This document shows, one piece after another, positions 23,939 to 37,272 of a stretch of 64,000 bases of DNA. The stretch covers positions 1,240,001 to 1,304,000 of the forward strand of contig NW_027271168.1 of the NCBI RefSeq assembly GCF_040938485.1. Direction: 5' to 3'. The notes beneath the pieces were generated by a model that saw nothing but the letters and a program-made list of their open reading frames with translations, was not told the origin of the DNA and searched no databases. Source of the stretch: Diadema antillarum (lineage: Eukaryota). The translations under genes and the position numbers were made by a program. Within the stretch, counting starts at the first letter, position 1, and each line of letters begins with the position of its first letter.

Positions 23939-26900
23939 AAAATTAGACAATGCCAAAATGTCAAAATACAAATAAGGCGGAACTTCATTTGAATGTACAA
24001 CTATAAATCTCAATAAACAAAAAAATATGTTTGAAGTAGTGTTGGTCTGTATGTTCAAAGTACGAGAAATATAGAGCCTCAGTACCTATTAATAGAACAT
24101 TGGTCTCTTTACACGCTGAACATGTTTATGACATAATGACATGTCACTTGACATGTACTCCATTGTTCCATTCTTTTTTTCTTTTTACATGTTAGAGCAG
24201 CCTTTTCATGGGCGTCACGGGGGGGGGGGGTGCGTTGGATGCGAACGCACCCCCCTTCAGTTCATGTTATTCAGTGTAAATATTAAAAAAGAAAGTTTAT
24301 TTCGATGATAGTATTTTATAGGTAAATTGTTCAATGATAATCTACATCAAAATATACTGCTACCTTAAACAAGTGGGACTGTTTCAAGTCGATAAAACAC
24401 GCAAACATATGCATCAACTTGCACCATTTACAACATCAAAATGCAAAAAGTTTTCACCGTGGGAGGGGGACACACCCTCCCCCTCGCTAACTCTGCTCGC
24501 TCTTGCTTGGTCGCGTGATATTCAGTGTAGGCCCCTAAATATCAAAACAGGAAGTTTGTTTGATGATACTATTTTATAGGCAAACTGTTCAATGATAATC
24601 TACATCAAAATATACTGCTACCTTAATCAAGTGGGACTGTTTCAAGTCGATAAAACAAGCAAAAACATGCATCAAATTGCACCATCTACAACATCAGAAT
24701 GCAAAAAAAAAAAAAAAAAAAAAAAATCTCAGTGGGAGGAAACCCCATCCCAGACTCTCCACCCTCGCTAACTCCGCTCACTCTTGCTTGGTCGCGTTCA
24801 CGATATTCAGTGTAAATATTGAAACAGGAAGTTTATTTTAATGATACTATGTTATAGGCAAATTGTTCAATAATAATTTACGTCAAAATGCACTGCTACC
24901 TTAAACAAGTGGGACTGTTTCAAGCCGATAAAACATGCAATAACATACATCAATTTGCACCATTTACAACATCAAAATGCAAAAAGTTCTCACCGTGGAA
25001 GGGGGATGACCCCGTTCCCACACCCTCCCCCTTCGCTCGCTCCGCTTGCTCGGGCTCGCTCGCGTTTATGACATCAGTGTAAGAACCAATACAAGAAGTT
25101 TACCGGTATTTAAATGATATCATTTATAGGCACATTGTTCAATAACAATTTACATCAAAATGTACTGCTACCTTAAACAAGTGGGACTGTTTCAAGTCGA
25201 TAAAACAACCAAAAACATGCATCAACTTGCACCATCTACCACATCAAAATGCAAAAAGTTTTCACCGTGGGAGGGGGACACTCCCTCCCACACCCTCCCC
25301 TTACTCACTCTGCATTCTCTTTCTTGGTCGCGTTCATAATATTCAATGTAAATATTAAAACAGAACGTTTATTTCGATGATATTATTTTATAAGTAAAAT
25401 GTTTAATGATCTACATCAAAATATACTGAGTATCTTTACCAAATGGGACTGTTTCAAGTCGATAAAACACGCAAAAACCTGCATCAACTTGCACCATTTA
25501 CAACATCAAAATGCAAAAAGTTTCCACCGTGGGAGGGGGACACCCCCTCCCACACCCTCCCCCTCGCTAACTCTGCTCGCTCTTGCTTGGTCGCGTGATA
25601 TTCAGTGTAGGCCCCTAAATATCAAAACAGGAGTTTGTTTGATGATACTATCTTATAGGCAAACTGTTCAATGATAATCTACATCAAAATATACTGCTAC
25701 CTTAAACAAGTGGGACTGTTTCAAGTCGATAAAACACGCAAACACATGCATCAACTTGCACCATTTCCAACATCAAAATGCAAAAAGTTTTCACCGTGGG
25801 AGGGGGACACCCCCTCCCACGCTCTCCCCCTCGCTAAGTCTGCTCGCTCTTGCTTGGTTGCGTGATATTCAGTGTAGGCCCCTAAATATTAAAACAGGAA
25901 GTTTATTTGATGATACTATTTTATAGGCAAACTGTTCAATGATCTACATCAAAATATACTGCTACTTTAAACAAGTGGGACTGTTTCAAGTCGACAAAAC
26001 AACCAAAAACATGCATCAACTTGCACCATCTACCACATCAAAATGCAAAAAGTTTTCACCGTGGGAGGGGGACACTCCCTCCCACACCCTCCCCTTACTC
26101 ACTCTGCATTCTCTTGCTTGGTCGCGTTCATGATATTCAATGTAAATATTAAAACAGAAAGTTTATTTGGATGATACTATTTTACAAGTAAATTGTTCAA
26201 TAATAATGTACATCAAAATATGAAGAGCTCATTTGCAAATGGGGTTAGATCCATTTTTGATGAAAATTGAGTTATTAGCATCACTGCACAGAATTCCACT
26301 TGAGTTAGTTATAGTGAAATTTTCAAATCCAGACAAACATTTGAATATAAATTATAGCAAAATTAGATTTTGATTTTCCATACACTTGTGTACAAATTCT
26401 CACAAACAAACCAGTTTTTCTCTAAAGTTTTATACTAAAAGTGGATCTAGCCCCTTTTGCAAATAAACTCCTCATATACTGAGTACCTTTAACAAGTGGG
26501 ACCTCTTCAAGTCGATAAAACACGCAAAAACATGCATCAACTTCACTCTTAAAACATCCGAGTCAGAACTGATCTGGAACTGGGTCCGTTGGGGTCACAC
26601 ACCGTTCCGGGTCAAAAATGACTTGGAATTTGGTCATGACACACCCTCCCACACCCTCCCCTTCACTAACTCTGCTTGCTCTTGCTTGGTCGCGTGATAT
26701 TCAGTGTAGGCCCCTAAATATTAAAACAGGAAGTTTATTTGATGATATTATTTTATAGGCAAACTGTTCCATGATATTCTACATCAAAATATACTGCTAC
26801 CATAGATGATAAAACAAGCAAAAACATGCATCAAATTGCACCATCTACAACATCAGAATGCAAAAAATTCTCACCACACCCTCCCCCTCCCTACCCCCAA

Positions 26901-29900
26901 GATGAAATCCTAGCTACGCTGTACCCTTTCCCCGCTTGGTTTCCCTTAAAAATCACTAAAAGTCTGGGGATTGAGAGCTTCCTAAATTCCAAATGTCTGT
27001 CCAAAAAATTCGTTACAGTTAGTGTCAAAACGCACCCCCCCCCCCTTGAAAAAAAAGCTGGTGACGCCCCTTCTTTGATTTAAGTTTAATAGTTAAAGAT
27101 GAAACTCTATTAGACTTGACAGTCATATCATATCAAACGTGAGATGAATACACAGACATATATATGAGTTTTCATCTATAGTAATCAGATTCGATCCAAT
27201 ATGAACAGACACAACCAACCTGTTGCTGATTCTGTTTGCTTCAGAATATTTTGCTTACGGCAAAAAATGTGTGGAACAAGGAGACATAGATGAAAGCAAA
27301 TATTATTCAAAAGGGTGTAGAGGAAGACAAATTGATAAAGAAACTCACCTCTTAACAAGAATATATCAGTTAATATGATAATAATTTATATACATATGCT
27401 TTACAATGCATTTATTTTCCCTCATATGGCTTATTGTAATATTGTTTGGGGTAATTGTAATAAGACGCAGGTAAATTTATTGTTTGTTGTTTTTTTTTTT
27501 GCAAAAGAAGACGATCAGAATATGTTCACACTCTACGTACTTAGCGCATACAACCCCGTTATTCAAGCAGCTAAATGTGTTAAAAATTGATGATATACAT
27601 AAGTTTCAAACTTCTGTATTTATGTATAAGTACACGCAAAATTTGTTATCACAGTCCTTTCAAAACTTTTTTTGACTAAAATGCCATCATTCATTCGTAC
27701 CCTACAAGACACTCAACAGATTTTCATCTGCATTATCCAAAATCTCTTATAGCTCACAGGTCAGTGAGGCATCACCGACCTGATACATGGAATGCTTTAC
27801 CTGACTCCCTAAAGACACGAACATCTTTGTTTTCTATTAAAGCTATAGCTTAAAGAAATTTATTTTAACTCAATATATTTAGTAAATTAAAGGATAATAA
27901 CACAAACATTCAACTCACTTATTGCACCCGCACAGCACTCACTCCATCTTCTTTTTCCCTCTAAAGCATACTATTGTAATATAGAACAGAAAAAAATCTG
28001 TACTTTCTGTGAGAGGCAATCCTGAGTTGTTTTTCCCAATGAGGCCATCAGCCCAGTCAAGCTATGCTTATGCTGACGGTCCCCTGCTTCCTTATTTAAT
28101 CAAATGTACTGCCTTATTTGTATCATATGAAACTATCAATGTTTTACAAAGATTTTTGTTATGCATGTATAGTATCAACTGCACTTTTGTTTTGTATTGC
28201 TCCTTTGTCATTTTGGTCATGTTTGGTTTGAATTTGTCACATTGATGTTATTCATTTTTTATTTAATTTAATTTGAGAAGCAAAATAAAATACGAACGAA
28301 CAAACGAACGAATATTTGTGAGCAACTTGTTGAAATGGGACAATGGATATAGAAGTATGTTGATATAATTATACAAGTATTATATTTTTTTATTAGTTGA
28401 AATTATTAGCTACTGAAGAAAACTAAAACATGAGTGATGATTAATTCTAACAATATCTTAGAAAATATTCTTAAATAATGAGTGCACTATCATGAAAAGT
28501 TTTGGCTTCATTTTTTTTTTTGGGGGGGGGGTTCTGCTGTTTGGTGATGACCTTACTTTTTAAGACATTGAATATTTCCTTGATCTGTTTTTTTACTTGA
28601 AGCACTTAATAATAGTATATACTATAATGATAGATCCAAAGAGAGATAACAAACCTGACAAATAAATGACGATCGTATATGTACTCAAAATAATGGCTGA
28701 GTGTGAAGATATAAGTTGTGTCGCATAACGGTAACACGAGCATTATTTGAGGTCTTATAGATATGATGTGATTTGTCAAAGATTACGTACAGGTCATTAT
28801 CTGATATCGACATCTTTTGTTCAACCATTGTGCAATGAAACTGACGAATCTTAGCTGTCCTTGACGGTAGAAACATAATGAGATGTATGCGTATAGAATT
28901 CGCAGTGATAATGATTATCATAATAACAACTCAGATTAATAAAAACATGTTGTCTAAAAAAATGAACGCCGGTCAATTTACAAATTGTTCAGTTCAGTAT
29001 ATCATCTAGAAAATGAAATGATGAAAGCTTCATTAAGTGAGAAATAAAATTGTTGCGTAATCTTAACTTTTCTCATATCTGAAAAAAAAATAAATCGTGA
29101 TTTTCTTCACAACCGGATGCATTTACGCAGATAAGTATATGATTGGATGATGGTGTCAAAACCTTATACACTTCCCGGACTGATCTGCACGCAGATTTTT
29201 TCACTACATTTCCATGCTTTGCAAAGACTTTAAAGACATTAAAACGGTGTAATAGTTTTGGTTGAGACCTAACTTCAGGCTTGACCTTTATTGGTGAGAT
29301 AATGAGAAACCTCTCATAAAATGTAAAAGAGGATGTAGTTCCAAGTGGAATTCAACGTTTATTTGATGAAAATTGGTTTTGATGTGGCTGAGATATCCAA
29401 AACAGGGCAATCCTCAAACAAAAGGCAGGACCCACCTTTTATTATGATCGCTTGTTTTACTTTGTTTTGTTTTTTAATGTCTCAGTCATTCCAAAATCAA
29501 TTTTCATCAAATAAACTTTGAATTCCTCTTAGAATGGTATGCTTTGTAGCCAAGTCCTCATCTCCACCAATAATACCATGGTTTTAAAGCTGGCATCAGC
29601 AGACCAGGAGCTCATTAATTTGTTTTCCCATTCCTTCGTTAAGGTATCTCTTTCATATCCATTGTATATCCCCTTTATCTTTGCTTAAATCGGCAGCTGA
29701 AAGTACCTAATCAGTTTCGGGAAGGATTTTAATCACTGTTTCGGCGACAAGCACCAATAGGGTCAATCTCAAAATGTGCATGGGGTCCTTTGTCTTATCA
29801 TCCGCCGAATTTACGCCGAAATCTTTTTGTCTCGGCTTGAAATTAAGATGCGATTCGGGACCTTGCTCAAAGTTGGTCTGAATGAAATAATAGATTAAAA

Positions 29901-32900
29901 ACAAGACGAACAGCTTGGATGGTAGAGGTTTTATCACATTCAAATAGAATTGCTTTACTTGGGCCTCTTCCTCTTCTCTCTTTTGAATCGGAGTGCCAAT
30001 CCGTTTACTCAGATATGTATATTTAGTTATGCATTTTTCCCATTATTTAAAGATTTCCACTACAAATAAAAAGTATCATTTTCAATTTGTCCCTTTTTAC
30101 TCAGGAACTTACCAGTTGTGAAAGCATTGGTCTTCTTTTAGTCTGTGAATTCCGTCCATATTCCTTAAAGTCTTGTGCTATTATTTCACAAAATTCCACG
30201 CCTGTCAAAATATTTGTATGTTATGTGTATATTATACATACATGTATATGTACAGGTGTATGTTCGTAAATTTGTTCATATTATGATTATGTGGTTGTTT
30301 AGTATTTATTTTATGTAAGTAATTTATTCTTACTTTATTGCATTTTCCCGATATGCCATTTCACCTGCTTGTTCAAATTATGATTGTTTCTTTGTAATGT
30401 CATTTTGCATGATTTGGATATGGAAAACTATATGTGAAAATAAAAGATGAATTTAAGATGAGATATTTCTTGAGTTTCCCTGATTTCAGAAATCAGTGAT
30501 AGCAGTTCCAACCACATATTCAAATTGACAGCGGTGATGATGTCATCACCCAACAAAGTCTTCAACATATAATACATAAAGCAATGTGATTAAAAAGTAG
30601 GCCTTTCTCCTGCGCATCAAATTGTTGGTAATTAGGAAACAATGATACCTGTTGTGTTTTTCGGGTGTGAAGGAAGAGGTTGAAACTGCTATTACATCGA
30701 GCAAATAAATGCTTTAATCAGTAACCATTGCGTATTAGTGATGTGTGATTACACTACAAAGCAATGTTGGCGTGGTTAGATAAGCACCACTTCTAAAAGC
30801 AGTGATCTCCGATTAAGAAAAAAAAAAGTCAAACAAATTTAGACAAATCCTCTCCAATGCAGATATCTGGTTAATGACAGCTTTTCATATTTTTGTTAAG
30901 TTATAATTTCGCAGACAGTAAAAAGAACATTCATAATTGGCTCAGAGATCGCACTATTTACAAATTATTTGCAATGATAAATCATTTGTGAATGATGTTC
31001 GTTGTACATATTTAACTTCCCCTTAATATGGTCCATGGGCTGTGCTAACATAATAGATTGGTGATGAGGCGGACAAAACTACATACATGCCGTGCTAACT
31101 TTTTTTTTTACAATGCCCGGCCGTGGTACAAGAACGCGTATACATACGCCTGTGGATGTTAAATGTTGACATTATTGGTTCATTATTGCAGTCCTATACC
31201 AATCACTAATCTGTGTCCAATGAATACTCTGGGGAAATTTGCAGTAGAAATAATATTCGTCGTGTTATTATCAGAATAGCACCTCTGAGTTTAATTGCTG
31301 GCCCTGCTCTATAAGCCATCAAAGAAATTTACAGAAATAAATGTTCCTTTGAGAGAGAGAGAAACAGAAAGTTTAATCTATTGGAATAAAGTGCCTGTTT
31401 AAAAATCCTCTACAAACTTGTAAATATTCAGAGGTGACCATAACAATCAACTATCTTTTATCTGAACAACATAAATATGCTCTCATGAAAGCTATTTTTA
31501 TGCCTCCGTCACGAAGTGGTGCCGGAGGCATTATGTTTTCGGGTTGTCCGTCCGTCCGTCCTTCCGTCCGTCCGTCCTTCCGTCCGTCTGTAATGAATTT
31601 TGTGGACAGGATAACTATCAAAACCTTTTGAGGTATCCTAATGAAACTTGGCATATAATATGTGTATTAGGGGGTGAAGTTGTGCTTATCAACTTTTGGG
31701 TGCACATGCTCAAGGTCAAAGGCCAAAAGGTCAAGGTCAAATACATAAAATTTCACTATTTCCACCATATCTATGCAATGCTGAAGATATTTTCTTGAAA
31801 CTTAATGTATACATGTATTACCCAATTAAGATTCTCTGGTGAAAGTTTGGGTCATGAGGTCAAAGGTCAAAGGTCAAAAGGTCAAGTAAAAATATTAAAA
31901 CTTCACCTTTTTTTTCTGTACCTTGGAAATTGTTCAAGGTATCTTCATGGAACATAGTATATATACATGTACTGACTGGCAGTGATTATCTAGAGAATTT
32001 AGGGTTCATGGGGTCAAAGGTTAGGGGTCAAAGGTCAAGGGCAACACTTCAAAATTTTACTATTTCCGTCATGTTTATGCAATGCCAGCAGGAATTTTTT
32101 TTTTTTACACTTGGTGTATGCATGTATAACCTAATAGAGATTCTCTGGAAAGTTTTTTTTTTCTTTTGTTTTTGCCTCAAAGGCCAAAAGGTCAAAGATC
32201 AAGTGAAAGTGCTGAACTAGGTTTTTCCTCCATATCTCGGAAGTGGCTCAAGTTATCTTCAAACGTACTACATATTTATGCATGTCCTGCCTGACAGTGA
32301 TTATCTTGTGAATTTTAGGGTCAAAGGCCAGATGAAAATGGTAACAATTTACTATTCAATACAGAAATTGCACTTTTTCTCAATACCTTGAAAATTACTC
32401 AATGCATAAACATATGAATGGGTCAAAGTCAAGTTAAAGTCCTTAAATCCCAAATACATGCTCTCCTATTCATCCAATTAAACCTAGGTCAAGGAAGGTG
32501 AACATTCAACACATTTGTGACAAACTTGTCATTTTGATATTTTGCCAATTTTGTGAAAATGTAATCACACATTGTCCACATGTACTATGGATAGACCTAT
32601 TGGGAGAATCATGCATTATGGCGGAGGCATACCAGTCGCCATAGCGACATTTCTAGTTCTATTATTAACATTATAAAACACTAACAATGATTAGTAAAAT
32701 TGATTATGAAAATATACTCTCAACTGTACCCCCGTCCCAACCCCCAACCCCACCGTCCCCATCTCTCTCCCTTCCTCGTTCAGGTATCTGTCGACCCGAT
32801 GCCACCGGCGGAATACCCAGAGAGTTCGCCCCTAACGACAGCGGTGACGGCTCAGCCCATGCCAACCGCGCCCATGGAAACGAACGGTACTGGCGTCGAA

Positions 32901-35900
32901 TCGGAAGAGGAGAAACAGCGAAGACGGGGTTACTATGACAACGCTCCCGTGTACACGCAACCTGTTGCTCATCCTAGGTATAATATGAACACGAGTATAC
33001 AAAAACTGTCGCATAAGTACTGGCCACATATAGCCAGTATGATGGCCTAGCGCTGCTGTTCACATTTATGTACTGCAGGAAAAATACCGAATAAAGTCGT
33101 GAAAGTTTGGATCCTGCGACACATGCGCTACGTTAAATTTCATTTACCTTTATGCGTTGACAAAAAAAAAAAGGTGGTTGGAAATACTCATGGAAGTGCA
33201 ATTGATTAATCAAAGTTTGGAACTGAGATAATCATCGCAATGTTGACGATGTAATTTGTAATGATTACTATCATCAACATTACTATCGTTGTTCTTATTC
33301 ATTATTAAGGTTTTTGCTTTCATTGCCATCATCATCATCATAATTGATGATCTTATGTGGTGATGAACGTTAGGATTTCAGACAATTAACAATTTAGTAT
33401 CAAAATTTCTTCACTCTTGTAGAAACGGAGTTCAACGACTGTCATCCAGCAGGCAGTGTGAATGCGATGTCTTTTATATCCATTCGATTTGATCGTCATA
33501 GTCACAATGATTGGTATTATGATTTCATTATCAAGGAATCAATTACTAGTGGCTCTATGTATTGTGGAGTACTGTATTTACTGTAATCTATATCACATGA
33601 CGAGCAACTTATACCATGGGCAGCGGCGTAAATCCGTACTGAGGAGTGGGGGGGGGGGGGGGGGATGGTCACCATCACCACGATTACAAGCCCATAACCG
33701 GACCGGCGCAGCCTTGGGGGGTGGGGGGAGAAGCTTGGTGCCCCCCCCCCCCCCACACGCACACTTTACAGGGATCGGATGTCCCACTCTTTTGCATGAA
33801 ATATAAAGTGGGAGGAAAGTGGCAGCAAAAATATGAAGACTTTTTGTTCTTGTTGTTGCTTTTTTTTTTGCTTGTCAGATGACTTGCGGCGGAAAATCAG
33901 ACCTTAAAAGTATGAAGACATTTTTTGTTTTTGAAATATCTGTGAGAGAGAGCGGAGCGACCGGGTTAACGGGGGGAGGGTGTGTATGGGGGGGGGGGGG
34001 GTGTCCCTCTCCCACACGAGGAAGATTTTGCATTTTCAGACCTGAAATTCAGCGATCTGGTGCACATTTTTGGTGAAATTTTTGTTTGTTTTTTCTTTAA
34101 AAAAACAATAGAAAATGAAATATTCACAATATATTATTGAATGACTAAATCGTGGTATTTCAGCTCTTGCTCCGCCTGTGCGACATCACTGCGAAAGCCT
34201 ACTAAATAGTGGGGCCTATCACTGGCGTAGACAGGATTGGGGGAGCGGTTATGAGATCGTGAGGGAGTGAAGCAAGCGAGGGGGGGGGGGGAGGGTATGG
34301 TATGGGGGTTTCTTCCTCCCACGTTGAAATCTTTTTACATTGAAAATTTTGACATTTTACAGTCCAAAAACTGCCGTTTGTAGCTTTCTTCGCTTTGGAA
34401 ATTAAGGGGGGCGCACACCGTGCGCAACTGCTGTCAATCACTGGCAGCAACATCAGGAGAATGGCATAGCGATTAAATGCGAGCGAGCGGAGCGAGCGAG
34501 CTTGAAAATTTTGTCATAATGCTTTTACATGCTAAAAACTGCCGTTTGTAGCTATACTTCTTCGCTTTGGAAATCAAGGGGGGCCGCACCGGGCGCAACT
34601 GTTGTCAATCACTGGCAGCAACATCAGGAGAATGGTATAGCGATTAAATGCGAGCGAGCGAAGCGAGTGAGCTTGAAAATTTTGACATTTTACAGTCCAA
34701 AAACTGCCGTTTGTGGCTGTATTTTTTTGCTTTGGAAATTAAGGGGGGCGCACCGGGTGCAACTGTTGGCAATTACTGGCAGCAACATCAGGAGAATGGC
34801 ATAACAATTAAATGCGAGCGAGTGAAGCGAGCGAGCTTGAAAATTTTGACATTTTACAGTCCCCAACTGCCGCTTTTGGCTGAATTTTTTTGCTTTGGAA
34901 ATTAAGGGGGGCGCACGGGCGCAACTACTGGCAGTTACTGGCAGCAACATCAGGGGAATGGCATAACGATTGAATACGAGCGAGCGAAGCGAGTGAGCTT
35001 GAAAATTTTGACTTTTTACAGTCCCAAAACTGTCGTTTGTAGCTATATTTTTCGCTTTGAAAATTAAGGGGGTGGGGGCGCACCGGGCACAACTGCTGGC
35101 AATTACTGGCAGCATGCAACATCAGGAGAATGGCATAACGATTAAATGAAAGCGAGCGAGTTTGAAATTTTGACATTTTACAGTCCCCAAACTGTCGTTT
35201 GTGGCTGTATTTTTTCGCTTTGGAAATCAAGGGGGGGGGGGGGGCGACACACCGGGCGCAACTGTCGGCAATTACTAGCAGTAACATCAGGAGAATGGCA
35301 TAACGATTAAATGCGAGCGAGCGAAGCGAGTGAGCTTGAAAATTTTGATATTTTACAGTCCCAAAAAACTGTCTTTTGTGGCTGTATTTTTTTCGCTTTG
35401 GAAATTAAGGGGGGGCGCACCGGGCGAAAATTGCTGGCAGTTACTGGTAGCAACATCAGGAGAATGGCATAATGATTAAATGCGAGCGAGCGAAGCGAGC
35501 GAGCTTCAAATTTTTGACATTTTACAGTCCCAAAACTGCCGTTTGTAGCTATATTTTTCGCTTTGGAAATTAAGGGGCCGGGGCGCACCGGCGCAACTGC
35601 AGCCATTCACTGGCTGCAGCATCAGGAGAATGGCATAGCGATTAAATGCGAGCGAGCGGAGCGAGCGAGCTTTAAAATTTTGACATTTTACACTCCTAAC
35701 ACTGCCGATTGTAGCTATATTTTTCGCTTTTGTTTGTCCCACTTTTATGGGGGAACCATCCCCCCCCCCCCCATTGACGCCTCTGCATATGAGGGTGCTT
35801 TTGTTAAGTGAAAGATCTGCTGCACACTCTTTGATAAATTAGGGAAATATACGTCAATCTCAAAAGTGTACAAAGTCTATCGAAAGGGATCCTGTTATAC

Positions 35901-37235
35901 AGCGGAGCTTTTGCATGTTTATGATTGCAATACAACGATCTGGTGCATCTGGCGATATTTGGACAATTTTCCATTAAGAAAGTTCGAGATTTGTCCTCAT
36001 CTCGGGAATTGCTTTGGGGATAAATGATTTGTCTGCCTTAACACTTCCGTAGGGGCGGGGCAAATGCCCCTTTGCCCCCCCCCCCCCCCCCCCCCCCGAG
36101 ATAGATTCGACGCCCCTGATCTTCCTTGGGTATGCTCATAGATGTATCCTGACTGAGTCACCAGTCACTGTCGTTTCTCAGGAATGATTCAGGAAATTGC
36201 GGGGGTTCAATTATGGCGATATAGTTTTTGTTATTGTTTGTTTGTTTGTTCGTTTGTTTGTTTGTTTTCGTACATATCTTGCAGATGGTCCCCAGTTACT
36301 CGCGTCATAGCATGTTTACATATAGGCCTATACTATTTGACGTTGTCAACGTCTGAGCCATACCTTACAGTGTATGTCGATGTTACTTTCTTCGTGAGCG
36401 AGCGAAGCAAGCGAGCGCTTGAGAAAATTATGACATTTTCCTACAAGATAGAATACTGTTCAGCTCTGTTACCTGTCTGAAGGCCGGCGTACAAACGTCA
36501 TGCAATATGCCAAAATTGATACAATCACATTTCTGCTTCCTCCATTTTTTTCTCAAAATTCAGGGGTTGATGATTGTACAGGCCATCCCCCCCCCCTCCT
36601 CCATTTCAGGGGGGATATATCCCCCCCCCCCCATCCCCCCCCCCCCGGGATTTACGCCCATGCCACCATGGGTAATCAACCATGGCTCGCAATGAATCAA
36701 TCAGATGTCTGCGCAACGTACCCATTAATTTTGATTTTGTCACACGTACTCTCCTACTTGGTTTCATAGCACCACAGTGCGCTCAGATGATTGTTGCGCG
36801 TCATGCTACTGCACAGGAAACGAGTGCGATGGCGACTGTCTCTCATGCTTACTATGCTGCTGGATTTGGCGTGGAAACTCACACCACCACGGCGGTCACG
36901 TCAACCACGATCACGGCGGGTGCTGCGATGGTGACGGTGATGGCGGTTGCGACTGCGATTGCAAGTGTTGCTCGGTGAGTTTCATCCGTTGGTTGCCCAA
37001 CACGAATTTACACGTATGCTGGCATTACACTGTCTCGAAATTTAAGACGCCCTCACGAATAACCTGATGTTGTTACGATCAGACACGAATTGGAACATTT
37101 TCCTAACGTGTGTCCATCTTTGCTCAACTTCAAGACAGTGTGACGCCTGCTTTCAAGCACGATCCTGGTTCAAGTTCCTGATCATGGCTGCTAATCGTTG
37201 TCGTGCCCATAGGCACACACGCACAAACACCCTCT

Positions 37236-37272
<37 letters not shown>

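Noticed and set aside
29600-30270. Possible decayed coding sequence (ORFs 29707-29943 and 30087-30269)
   Set aside because: Multiple stops and no recognisable domain; cannot be supported.
24290-35730. Tandem arrays as possible CRISPR loci or repeat-encoded ORFs
   Set aside because: Eukaryotic context, whole units repeat without unique spacers, and the ORFs in them are frame-variable repeat translations.
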